This document shows, in pieces, positions 1 to 12,900 of a stretch of DNA of 64,000 nucleotides (positions within the stretch are counted from its first letter, which is position 1; each line of letters starts with the position of its first letter). Made by a program: the position numbers and the translations under genes. Location: contig OZ176052.1 in NCBI GenBank assembly GCA_964247055.1, positions 13,578,001-13,642,000 on the forward strand, written 5' to 3'. The DNA is from Paragordius varius (Eukaryota; Animalia; Nematomorpha). A model generated the notes under the pieces. That model was not told where the DNA came from. It did not search any database and saw only the letters and a list, made by a program, of their open reading frames with translations.

Positions 1-344
1 TTTGGGGTGATGATGGAACTACCATAGGGCTACCCAAAAAAAATTATGGCGACATCACCTGATCAAATTTGGATTTTAGGTAGCCATTTTTATTTTTAAA
101 ATCGTATAAAATAAATTTTTAAATATTTAAAAAATTCATAAAAATTACATTTATACTCCGATCTCGACAATATTTGGGGTGATGATGGAACTACCATAGG
201 GCTACCCAAAAAAAATTATGGTGACATCACCTGATCAAATTTGAATTTTAGGTAGCGCTTTTTATTTTTAAAATCGTATAAAATAAATTTTTTAAATATT
301 TAAAAAATTCATAAAAATTACATTTATACTCCGATCTCGAAAAT

Positions 345-430
345 ATTTGGGGTGATGATGGAACTACCATAGGGCTACCCAAAAAAAATTATGGTGACAT
401 CACCTGATCAAATTTGGATTTTAGGTAGCC
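345..430. other. Overlapping imperfect inverted repeats in the GC-richer half of the monomer
   Basis: ATTTGG(345-350)/TCAAAT(408-413), GGTGATG(351-357)/CATCACC(398-404), ACCATA(366-371)/TATGGT(390-395); alternatively GGCTACCCAAAA(373-384)/TTTTAGGTAGCC(419-430), 11/12 complementary. Confidence 0.85.
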
Positions 431-518
431 ATTTTTATTTTTAAAATCGTATAAAATAAATTTTTTAAATATTTAAAAAATTCATAAAAATTACATTTAT
501 AGTCCGATCCCCAAAGTA
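346..518. repeat. Representative full-length monomer (173 bp)
   Basis: Bipartite: monomer positions ~86-156 are ~94% AT (4 G/C in 71 bp); the rest is ~40% GC. Confidence 0.97.
459..482. other. Perfect 24-bp palindrome AATTTTTTAAATATTTAAAAAATT (present in most monomers)
   Basis: The sequence equals its own reverse complement; also at 286-309, 43542-43565, etc. Confidence 0.95.
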
Positions 519-2587
519 TTTGGGGTGATGATGGAACTACCATAGGGCTACCCAAAAAAAATTATGGTGACATCACCTGATCAAATTTGGATTTTAGGTA
601 GCCATTTTTATTTTTAAAATCGTATAAAATAATATTTTTAAATATTAAAAAAATTCATAAAAATTACATTTATAGTCCGATCCCCAAAGTATTTGGGGTG
701 ATGATGGAACTACCATAGGGCTACCCAAAAAAATTATAGTGACATCACCTGATCAAATTTGGATTTTAGGTAGCCATTTTTATTTTTAAAATCGTATAAA
801 ATAAATTTTTTAAATATTTAAAAAATTCATAAAAATTACATTTATACTCCGATCTCGAAAATATTTGGGGTGATGATGGAACTACCATAGGGCTACCCAA
901 AAAAAATATGGTGACATCACCTGATCAAATTTGGATTTTAGGTAGCCATTTTTATTTTTAAAATCGTATATAATAAATTTTTTAAATATTAAAAAAATTC
1001 ATAAAAATTACATTTATAGTCCGATCCCCAAAGTATTTGGGGTGATGATGGAACTACCATAGGGCTACCCAAAAAAATTATGGTGACATCACCTGATCAA
1101 ATTTGGATTTTAGGTAGCCATTTTTATTTTTAAAATCGTATAAAATAAATTTTTTAAATATTTAAAAAATTCATAAAAATTACATTTATAGTCCGATCCC
1201 CAAAGTATTTGGGGTGATGATGGAACTACCATAGGGCTACCCAAAAAAAATTATGGTGACATCACCTGATCAAATTTGGATTTTAGGTAGCCATTTTTAT
1301 TTTTAAAATCGTATAAAATAATATTTTTAAATATTAAAAAAATTCATAAAAATTACATTTATAGTCCGATCCCCAAAGTATTTGGGGTGATGATGGAACT
1401 ACCATAGGGCTACCCAAAAAAAATATGGTGACATCACCTGATCAAATTTGGATTTTAGGTAGCCATTTTTATTTTTAAAATCGTATAAAATAAATTTTTT
1501 AAATATTTAAAAAATTCATAAAAATTACATTTATACTCCGATCCCCAAAGTATTTGGGGTGATGATGGAACTACCATAGGGCTACCCAAAAAAAATTATG
1601 GTGACATCACCTGATCAAATTTGGATTTTAGGTAGCCATTTTTATTTTTAAAATCGTATAAAATAATATTTTTAAATATTAAAAAAATTCATAAAAATTA
1701 CATTTATAGTCCGATCCCCAAAGTATTTGGGGTGATGATGGAACTACCATAGGGCTACCCAAAAAAATTATAGTGACATCACCTGATCAAATTTGGATTT
1801 TAGGTAGCCATTTTTATTTTTAAAATCGTATAAAATAAATTTTTTAAATATTTAAAAAATTCATAAAAATTACATTTATACTCCGATCTCGAAAATATTT
1901 GGGGTGATGATGGAACTACCATAGGGCTACCCAAAAAAAATATGGTGACATCACCTGATCAAATTTGGATTTTAGGTAGCCATTTTTATTTTTAAAATCG
2001 TATATAATAAATTTTTTAAATATTAAAAAAATTCATAAAAATTACATTTATAGTCCGATCCCCAAAGTATTTGGGGTGATGATGGAACTACCATAGGGCT
2101 ACCCAAAAAAATTATGGTGACATCACCTGATCAAATTTGGATTTTAGGTAGCCATTTTTATTTTTAAAATCGTATAAAATAAATTTTTTAAATATTTAAA
2201 AAATTCATAAAAATTACATTTATAGTCCGATCCCCAAAGTATTTGGGGTGATGATGGAACTACCATAGGGCTACCCAAAAAAAATTATGGTGACATCACC
2301 TGATCAAATTTGGATTTTAGGTAGCCATTTTTATTTTTAAAATCGTATAAAATAATATTTTTAAATATTAAAATAATTCATAAAAATTACATTTATAGTC
2401 CGATCCCCAAAGTATTTGGGGTGATGATGGAACTACCATAGGGCTACCCAAAAAAAATATGGTGACATCACCTGATCAAATTTGGATTTTAGGTAGCCAT
2501 TTTTATTTTTAAAATCGTATAAAATAAATTTTTTAAATATTTAAAAAATTCATAAAAATTACATTTATACTCCGATCTCGAAAATAT
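519..2587. repeat. Tandem duplication of a 6-monomer unit (period 1034 bp)
   Basis: Rare variant CGTATATAATAAA at 965 and 1999. The monomer variant order in 519-1552 repeats in 1553-2587 with a few differences. Confidence 0.85.
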
Positions 2588-5294
2588 TTGGGGTGATGAT
2601 GGAACTACCATAGGGCTACCCAAAAAAAATATGGTGACATCACCTGATCAAATTTGGATTTTAGGTAGCCATTTTTATTTTTAAAATCGTATAAAATAAA
2701 TTTTTTAAATATTTAAAAAATTCATAAAAATTACATTTATACTCCGATCTCGAAAATATTTCGGGTGATGATGGAACTACCATAGGGCTACCCAAAAAAA
2801 ATTATGGTGACATCACCTGATCAAATTTGGATTTTAGGTAGCCATTTTTATTTTTAAAATCGTATAAAATAAATTTTTTAAATATTTAAAAAATTCAAAA
2901 AAATTACATTTATACTCCGATCTCGAGAATATTGGGGTGATGATGGAACTACCATAGAGCTACGCAAAAAAAATTATGGTGACATCACCTGATCAAATTT
3001 GGATTTGTGCCATTTTTATTTTTAAAATCGTATAAAATAAATTTTTTAAATATTTAAAAAATTCATAAAAATTATATTTATACTCCCATCTCGAAAATAT
3101 TTGGGGTGATGATGGAACTACCATAGGGCTACCCAAAAAAAATTATGGTGACATCACCTGATCAAATTTGGATTTTAGGTAGCCATTTTTATTTTTAATA
3201 TCGTATAAAATAAATTTTTTAAATATTTAAAAACTTCATAAAAATTACATTTATAGTCCGATCCCCAAAATATTTGGGGTGATGATGGAACTACCATAGG
3301 GCTACCCAAAAAAAATTATGGCGACATCACCTGATCAAATTTGGATTTTAGGTAGCCATTTTTATTTTTAAAATCGTATAAAATAAATTTTTAAATATTT
3401 AAAAAATTCATAAAAATTACATTTATACTCCGATCTCGACAATATTTGGGGTGATGATGGAACTACCATAGGGCTACCCAAAAAAAATTATGGTGACATC
3501 ACCTGATCAAATTTGAATTTTAGGTAGCGCTTTTTATTTTTAAAATCGTATAAAATAAATTTTTTAAATATTTAAAAAATTCATAAAAATTACATTTATA
3601 CTCCGATCTCGAAAATATTTGGGGTGATGATGGAACTACCATAGGGCTACCCAAAAAAAATTATGGTGACATCACCTGATCAAATTTGGATTTTAGGTAG
3701 CCATTTTTATTTTTAAAATCGTATAAAATAAATTTTTTAAATATTTAAAAAATTCATAAAAATTACATTTATAGTCCGATCCCCAAAGTATTTGGGGTGA
3801 TGATGGAACTACCATAGGGCTACCCAAAAAAAATTATGGTGACATCACCTGATCAAATTTGGATTTTAGGTAGCCATTTTTATTTTTAAAATCGTATAAA
3901 ATAATATTTTTAAATATTAAAAAAATTCATAAAAATTACATTTATAGTCCGATCCCCAAAGTATTTGGGGTGATGATGGAACTACCATAGGGCTACCCAA
4001 AAAAATTATAGTGACATCACCTGATCAAATTTGGATTTTAGGTAGCCATTTTTATTTTTAAAATCGTATAAAATAAATTTTTTAAATATTTAAAAAATTC
4101 ATAAAAATTACATTTATACTCCGATCTCGAAAATATTTGGGGTGATGATGGAACTACCATAGGGCTACCCAAAAAAAATATGGTGACATCACCTGATCAA
4201 ATTTGGATTTTAGGTAGCCATTTTTATTTTTAAAATCGTATAAAATAAATTTTTTAAATATTTAAAAAATTCATAAAAATTACATTTATACTCCGATCTC
4301 GAAAATATTTCGGGTGATGATGGAACTACCATAGGGCTACCCAAAAAAAATTATGGTGACATCACCTGATCAAATTTGGATTTTAGGTAGCCATTTTTAT
4401 TTTTAAAATCGTATAAAATAAATTTTTTAAATATTTAAAAAATTCAAAAAAATTACATTTATACTCCGATCTCGAGAATATTGGGGTGATGATGGAACTA
4501 CCATAGAGCTACGCAAAAAAAATTATGGTGACATCACCTGATCAAATTTGGATTTGTGCCATTTTTATTTTTAAAATCGTATAAAATAAATTTTTTAAAT
4601 ATTTAAAAAATTCATAAAAATTATATTTATACTCCCATCTCGAAAATATTTGGGGTGATGATGGAACTACCATAGGGCTACCCAAAAAAAATTATGGTGA
4701 CATCACCTGATCAAATTTGGATTTTAGGTAGCCATTTTTATTTTTAATATCGTATAAAATAAATTTTTTAAATATTTAAAAACTTCATAAAAATTACATT
4801 TATAGTCCGATCCCCAAAATATTTGGGGTGATGATGGAACTACCATAGGGCTACCCAAAAAAAATTATGGCGACATCACCTGATCAAATTTGGATTTTAG
4901 GTAGCCATTTTTATTTTTAAAATCGTATAAAATAAATTTTTAAATATTTAAAAAATTCATAAAAATTACATTTATACTCCGATCTCGACAATATTTGGGG
5001 TGATGATGGAACTACCATAGGGCTACCCAAAAAAAATTATGGTGACATCACCTGATCAAATTTGAATTTTAGGTAGCGCTTTTTATTTTTAAAATCGTAT
5101 AAAATAAATTTTTTAAATATTTAAAAAATTCATAAAAATTACATTTATACTCCGATCTCGAAAATATTTGGGGTGATGATGGAACTACCATAGGGCTACC
5201 CAAAAAAAATTATGGTGACATCACCTGATCAAATTTGGATTTTAGGTAGCCATTTTTATTTTTAAAATCGTATAAAATAAATTTTTTAAATATT
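2462..5294. repeat. Duplicated block at 9-monomer offset (1549 bp): ~2462-3745 vs ~4011-5294
   Basis: Shared rare markers all at +1549: TTTCGGG (2762/4311), CTCGAGAATATTGG (2922/4471), GATTTGTGCC (3002/4551), ACTCCCATC (3082/4631), AACTTCAT (3232/4781), TAGCGC (3527/5076). Confidence 0.92.
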
Positions 5295-6939
5295 AAAAAA
5301 ATTCATAAAAATTACATTTATAGTCCGATCCCCAAAGTATTTGGGGTGATGATGGAATTACCATAGGGCTACCCAAAAAAAATTATGGTGACATCACCTG
5401 ATCAAATTTGGATTTTAGGTAGCCATTTTTATTTTTAAAATCGTATAAAATAAATTTTTTAAATATTTAAAAAATTCATAAAAATTACATTTATAGTCCG
5501 ATCTCGACAATATTTGGGGTGATGATGGAACTACCATAGGGCTACCCAAAAAAATTATAGTGACATCACCTGATCAAATTTGGATTTTAGGTAGCCATTT
5601 TTATTTTTAAAATCGTATAAAATAAATTTTTTAAATATTTAAAAAATTCATAAAAATTACATTTATACTCCGATCTCGAAAATATTTAAGGTGATGATGC
5701 AACTACCATAGGGCTACCCAAAAAAATTATAGTGACATCACCTGATCAAATTTGGATTTTAGGTAGCCATTTTTATTTTTAAAATCGTATAAAATAAATT
5801 TTTTAAATATTTAAAAAATTCATAAAAATTACATTTATACTCCGATCTCGAAAATATTTGGGGTGATGATGGAACTACCATAGGGCTACCCAAAAAAATT
5901 ATGGTGACATCACCTGATCAAATTTGGGATTTTAGGTAGCCATTTTTATTTTTAAAATCGTATAAAATAAATTTTTTAAATATTTAAAAAATTCATAAAA
6001 ATTACATTTATACTCCGATCTCGAAAATATTTGGGGTGATGATGGAACTACCATAGGGCTACCCAAAAAAATTATAGTGACATCACCTGATCAAATTTGG
6101 ATTTTAGGTAGCCATTTTTATTTTTAAAATCGTATAAAATAAATTTTTTAAATATTTAAAAAATTCATAAAAATTACATTTATAGTCCGATCTCGACAAT
6201 ATTTGGGGTGATGATGGAACTACCATAGGGCTACCCAAAAAAATTATAGTGACATCACCTGATCAAATTTGGATTTTAGGTAGCCATTTTTATTTTTAAA
6301 ATCGTATAAAATAAATTTTTTAAATATTTAAAAAATTCATAAAAATTACATTTATAGTCCGATCCCCAAAATATTTGGGGTGATGATGGAACTACCATAG
6401 AGCTACGCAAAAAAAATTATGGCGACATCACCTGATCAAATTTGGATTTTAGGTAGCCATTTTTATTTTTAAAATCGTATAAAATAAATTTTTTAAATAT
6501 TTAAAAAATTCATAAAAATTACATTTATACTCCGATCTCGAAAATATTTGGGGTGATGATGGAACTACCATAGGGCTACCCAAAAAAATTATGGTGACAT
6601 CACCTGATCAAATTTGGGATTTTAGGTAGCCATTTTTATTTTTAAAATCGTATAAAATAAATTTTTTAAATATTTAAAAAATTCATAAAAATTACATTTA
6701 TACTCCGATCTCGAAAATATTTGGGGTGATGATGGAACTACCATAGGGCTACCCAAAAAAATTATAGTGACATCACCTGATCAAATTTGGATTTTAGGTA
6801 GCCATTTTTATTTTTAAAATCGTATAAAATAAATTTTTTAAATATTTAAAAAATTCATAAAAATTACATTTATAGTCCGATCCCCAAAATATTTGGGGTG
6901 ATGATGGAATTACCATAGGACTACCCAAAAAAAATTATG

Positions 6940-9900
6940 GTGACATCACATGATCAAATTTGGATTTTAGGTAGCCATTTTTATTTTTAATATCGTATAA
7001 AATAAATTTTTTAAATATTTAAAAAATTCATAAAAATTACATTTATACTCCGATCTCGACAATATTTGGGGTGATGATGGAACTACCATAGGGCTACCCA
7101 AAAAAAATTTTAGTGACATCACCTGATCAAATTTGGATTTTAGGTAGCCATTTTTATTTTTAAATATAAAATAAATTTTTTAAATATTTAAAAAATTCAT
7201 AAAAATTACATTTATAGTCCGATCCCCAAAATATTTGGGGTGATGATGGAACAACCATAGGGCTACGCAAAAAAAATTATGGCGACATCACCTGATCAAA
7301 TTTGGATTTTAGGTAGCCATTTTTATTTTTAAAATCGTATAAAATAAATTTTTTAAATATTTAAAAAATTAAAAAAAATTACATTTATACTCCGATCTCG
7401 AAAATATTTGGGGTGATGATGGAACTACCATAGGGCTACCCAAAAAAATTATGGCGACATCACCTGATCAAATTTGGATTTTAGGTAGCCATTTTTATTG
7501 TTAAAATCGTATAAAATAAATTTTTTAAATGTTTAAAAAATTCATAAAAATTACATTTATAGTCCGATCCCCAAAATATTTGGGGTGATGATGGAATTAC
7601 CATAGGGCTACCCAAAAAATTATGGTGACATCACCTGATCAAATTTGGATTTTAGGTAGCCATTTTTATTTTTAAAATCGTATAAAATAAATTTTTTAAA
7701 TGTTTAAAAAATTCATAAAAATTACATTTAAAGTCCGATCTCGAAAATATTTGGGGTGATGATGGAACAACCATAGGGCTACCCAAAAAAAATTATAGTG
7801 ACATCACCTGATCAAATTTGGATTTTAGGTAGCCATTTTTATTTTTAAAATCGTATAAAATAAATTTTTTAAATATTTAAAAAATTCATAAAAATTACAT
7901 TTATAGTCCGATCCCCAAAATATTTGGGGTGATGATGGAATTACCATAGGGCTACCCAAAAAAAATTATGGCGACATCACCTGATCAAATTTGGATTTTA
8001 GGTAGCCATTTTTATTTTTAAAATCGTATAAAATAAATTTTTTAAATATTTAAAAAATTCATAAAAATTACATTTATAGTCCGATCCCCAAAATATTTGG
8101 GGTGATGATGGAACAACCATAGGGCTACGCAAAAAAAATTATGGTGACATCACCTGATCAAATTTGGATTTTAGGTAGCCATTTTTATTTTTAATATCGT
8201 ATAAAATAAATTTTTTTAATATTTAAAAAATTCATAAAAATTACATTTATACTCCGATCTCGACAATATTTGGGGTGATGATGGAACTACCATAGGGCTA
8301 CCCAAAAAAAATTATAGTGACATCACCTGATCAAATTTGGATTTTAGGTAGCCATTTTTATTTTTAAAATCGTATAAAATAAATTTTTTAAATATTTAAA
8401 AAATTCATAAAAATACATTTATAGTCCGATCCCCAAAATATTTGGGGTGATGATGGAACTACCATAGGGCTACCCAAAAAAAATTATAGTGACATCACCT
8501 GATCAAATTTGGATTTTAGGTAGCCATTTTTATTTTTAAAATCGTATAAAATAAATTTTTTAAATATTTAAAAAATTCATAAAAATTACATTTATAGTCC
8601 GATCCCCAAAATATTTGGGGTGATGATGGAATTACCATAGGGCTACCCAAAAAAAATTATGGCGACATCACCTGATCAAATTTGGATTTTAGGTAGCCAT
8701 TTTTATTTTTAAAATCGTATAAAATAAATTTTTTAAATATTTAAAAAATTCATAAAAATTACATTTATAGTCCGATCCCCAAAATATTTGGGGTGATGAT
8801 GGAACAACCATAGGGCTACGCAAAAAAAAATATGGTGACATCACCTGATCAAATTTGGATTTTAGGTAGCCATTTTTATTTTTAATATCGTATAAAATAA
8901 ATTTTTTTAATATTTAAAAAATTCATAAAAATTACATTTATACTCCGATCTCGACAATATTTGGGGTGATGATGGAACTACCATAGGGCTACCCAAAAAA
9001 AATTATAGTGACATCACCTGATCAAATTTGGATTTTAGGTAGCCATTTTTATTTTTAAAATCGTATAAAATAAATTTTTTAAATATTTAAAAAATTCATA
9101 AAAATTACATTTATAGTCCGATCCCCAAAATATTTGGGGTGATGATGGAACTACCATAGGGCTACCCAAAAAAAATTATGGCGACATCACCTGATCAAAT
9201 TTGGATTTTAGGTAGCCATTTTTATTTTTAAAATCGTATAAAATAAATTTTTAAATATTTAAAAAATCCATAAAAATTACATTTATACTCCGATCTCGAC
9301 AATATTTGGGGTGATGATGGAACTACCATAGGGCTACCCAAAAAAAATTATGGTGACATCACCTGATCAAATTTGAATTTTAGGTAGCGCTTTTTATTTT
9401 TAAAATCGTATAAAATAAATTTTTTAAATATTTAAAAAATTCATAAAAATTACATTTATACTCCGATCTCGAAAATATTTGGGGTGATGATGGAACTACC
9501 ATAGGGCTACCCAAAAAAAATTATGGTGACATCACCTGATCAAATTTGGATTTTAGGTAGCCATTTTTATTTTTAAAATCGTATAAAATAAATTTTTTAA
9601 ATATTAAAAAAATTCATAAAAATTACATTTATAGTCCGATCCCCAAAGTATTTGGGGTGATGATGGAACTACCATAGGGCTACCCAAAAAAAATTATGGT
9701 GACATCACCTGATCAAATTTGGATTTTAGGTAGCCATTTTTATTTTTAAAATCGTATAAAATAATATTTTTAAATATTAAAAAAATTCATAAAAATTACA
9801 TTTATAGTCCGATCCCCAAAGTATTTGGGGTGATGATGGAACTACCATAGGGCTACCCAAAAAAAATTATGGTGACATCACATGATCAAATTTGGATTTT

Positions 9901-12900
9901 AGGTAGCCATTTTTATTTTTAATATCGTATAAAATAAATTTTTTAAATATTTAAAAAATTCATAAAAATTACATTTATACTCCGATCTCGACAATATTTG
10001 GGGTGATGATGGAACTACCATAGGGCTACCCAAAAAAAATTTTAGTGACATCACCTGATCAAATTTGGATTTTAGGTAGCCATTTTTATTTTTAAATATA
10101 AAATAAATTTTTTAAATATTTAAAAAATTCATAAAAATTACATTTATAGTCCGATCCCCAAAATATTTGGGGTGATGATGGAACAACCATAGGGCTACGC
10201 AAAAAAAATTATGGCGACATCACCTGATCAAATTTGGATTTTAGGTAGCCATTTTTATTTTTAAAATCGTATAAAATAAATTTTTTAAATATTTAAAAAA
10301 TTAAAAAAAATTACATTTATACTCCGATCTCGAAAATATTTGGGGTGATGATGGAACTACCATAGGGCTACCCAAAAAAATTATGGCGACATCACCTGAT
10401 CAAATTTGGATTTTAGGTAGCCATTTTTATTTTTAAAATCGTATAAAATAAATTTTTTAAATGTTTAAAAAATTCATAAAAATTACATTTATAGTCCGAT
10501 CCCCAAAATATTTGGGGTGATGATGGAATTACCATAGGGCTACCCAAAAAATTATGGTGACATCACCTGATCAAATTTGGATTTTAGGTAGCCATTTTTA
10601 TTTTTAAAATCGTATAAAATAAATTTTTTAAATGTTTAAAAAATTCATAAAAATTACATTTATAGTCCGATCTCGAAAATATTTGGGGTGATGATGGAAC
10701 AACCATAGGGCTACCCAAAAAAAATTATAGTGACATCACCTGATCAAATTTGGATTTTAGGTAGCCATTTTTATTTTTAAAATCGTATAAAATAAATTTT
10801 TTAAATATTTAAAAAATTCATAAAAATTACATTTATAGTCCGATCCCCAAAATATTTGGGGTGATGATGGAATTACCATAGGGCTACCCAAAAAAAATTA
10901 TGGCGACATCACCTGATCAAATTTGGATTTTAGGTAGCCATTTTTATTTTTAAAATCGTATAAAATAAATTTTTTAAATATTTAAAAAATTCATAAAAAT
11001 TACATTTATAGTCCGATCCCCAAAATATTTGGGGTGATGATGGAACAACCATAGGGCTACGCAAAAAAAATTATGGTGACATCACCTGATCAAATTTGGA
11101 TTTTAGGTAGCCATTTTTATTTTTAATATCGTATAAAATAAATTTTTTTAATATTTAAAAAATTCATAAAAATTACATTTATACTCCGATCTCGACAATA
11201 TTTGGGGTGATGATGGAACTACCATAGGGCTACCCAAAAAAAATTATAGTGACATCACCTGATCAAATTTGGATTTTAGGTAGCCATTTTTATTTTTAAA
11301 ATCGTATAAAATAATATTTTTAAATATTAAAAAAATTCATAAAAATTACATTTATAGTCCGATCCCCAAAGTATTTGGGGTGATGATGGAACTACCATAG
11401 GGCTACCCAAAAAAAATTATGGTGACATCACATGATCAAATTTGGATTTTAGGTAGCCATTTTTATTTTTAATATCGTATAAAATAAATTTTTTAAATAT
11501 TTAAAAAATTCATAAAAATTACATTTATACTCCGATCTCGACAATATTTGGGGTGATGATGGAACTACCATAGGGCTACCCAAAAAAAATTTTAGTGACA
11601 TCACCTGATCAAATTTGGATTTTAGGTAGCCATTTTTATTTTTAAATATAAAATAAATTTTTTAAATATTTAAAAAATTCATAAAAATTACATTTATAGT
11701 CCGATCCCCAAAATATTTGGGGTGATGATGGAACAACCATAGGGCTACGCAAAAAAAATTATGGCGACATCACCTGATCAAATTTGGATTTTAGGTAGCC
11801 ATTTTTATTTTTAAAATCGTATAAAATAAATTTTTTAAATATTTAAAAAATTAAAAAAAATTACATTTATACTCCGATCTCGAAAATATTTGGGGTGATG
11901 ATGGAACTACCATAGGGCTACCCAAAAAAATTATGGCGACATCACCTGATCAAATTTGGATTTTAGGTAGCCATTTTTATTTTTAAAATCGTATAAAATA
12001 AATTTTTTAAATGTTTAAAAAATTCATAAAAATTACATTTATAGTCCGATCCCCAAAATATTTGGGGTGATGATGGAATTACCATAGGGCTACCCAAAAA
12101 ATTATGGTGACATCACCTGATCAAATTTGGATTTTAGGTAGCCATTTTTATTTTTAAAATCGTATAAAATAAATTTTTTAAATGTTTAAAAAATTCATAA
12201 AAATTACATTTATAGTCCGATCTCGAAAATATTTGGGGTGATGATGGAACAACCATAGGGCTACCCAAAAAAAATTATAGTGACATCACCTGATCAAATT
12301 TGGATTTTAGGTAGCCATTTTTATTTTTAAAATCGTATAAAATAAATTTTTTAAATATTTAAAAAATTCATAAAAATTACATTTATAGTCCGATCCCCAA
12401 AATATTTGGGGTGATGATGGAATTACCATAGGGCTACCCAAAAAAAATTATGGCGACATCACCTGATCAAATTTGGATTTTAGGTAGCCATTTTTATTTT
12501 TAAAATCGTATAAAATAAATTTTTTAAATATTTAAAAAATTCATAAAAATTACATTTATAGTCCGATCCCCAAAATATTTGGGGTGATGATGGAACAACC
12601 ATAGGGCTACGCAAAAAAAATTATGGTGACATCACCTGATCAAATTTGGATTTTAGGTAGCCATTTTTATTTTTAATATCGTATAAAATAAATTTTTTTA
12701 ATATTTAAAAAATTCATAAAAATTACATTTATACTCCGATCTCGACAATATTTAGGGTGATGATGGAACTACCATAGGGCTACCCAAAAAAAATTATAGT
12801 GACATCACCTGATCAAATTTGGATTTTAGGTAGCCATTTTTATTTTTAAAATCGTATAAAATAAATTTTTTAAATATTTAAAAAATTCATAAAAATTACA

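Noticed and set aside
1-10. Telomere-like TTTGGGG motif / G-quadruplex
   Set aside because: Only one G4 run per 173 bp, not tandem; insufficient for a telomeric repeat or an intramolecular G4.
391-444. 17-codon plus-strand ORF MVTSPDQIWILGSHFYF, and MMELP upstream
   Set aside because: Trivial length; the ATG is lost in the common TATAGTG variant.
399-506. Resemblance to a budding-yeast point centromere: ATCACCTG (ATCACATG at 6945-6952 matches CDEI RTCACRTG), ~85 bp of ~87% AT, then TCCGA
   Set aside because: CDEIII match is limited to the CCG core, CDEI is mismatched in most copies, and point centromeres are single-copy; likely coincidence.
421-543. 40-codon minus-strand ORF repeated in most monomers (MVVPSSPQILWGSDYKCNFYEFFKYLKNLFYTILKIKMAT)
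   Set aside because: Short, low-complexity, no recognisable domain, and frameshifted by many propagated 1-7 bp deletions. It is best explained as chance in a satellite; Ribo-seq would be needed to revive it.
2748-2766. CENP-B-box-like TCG...CGGG in the TTTCGGG variant
   Set aside because: Spacing is 9 nt rather than the required 7, and the variant is in only two copies.
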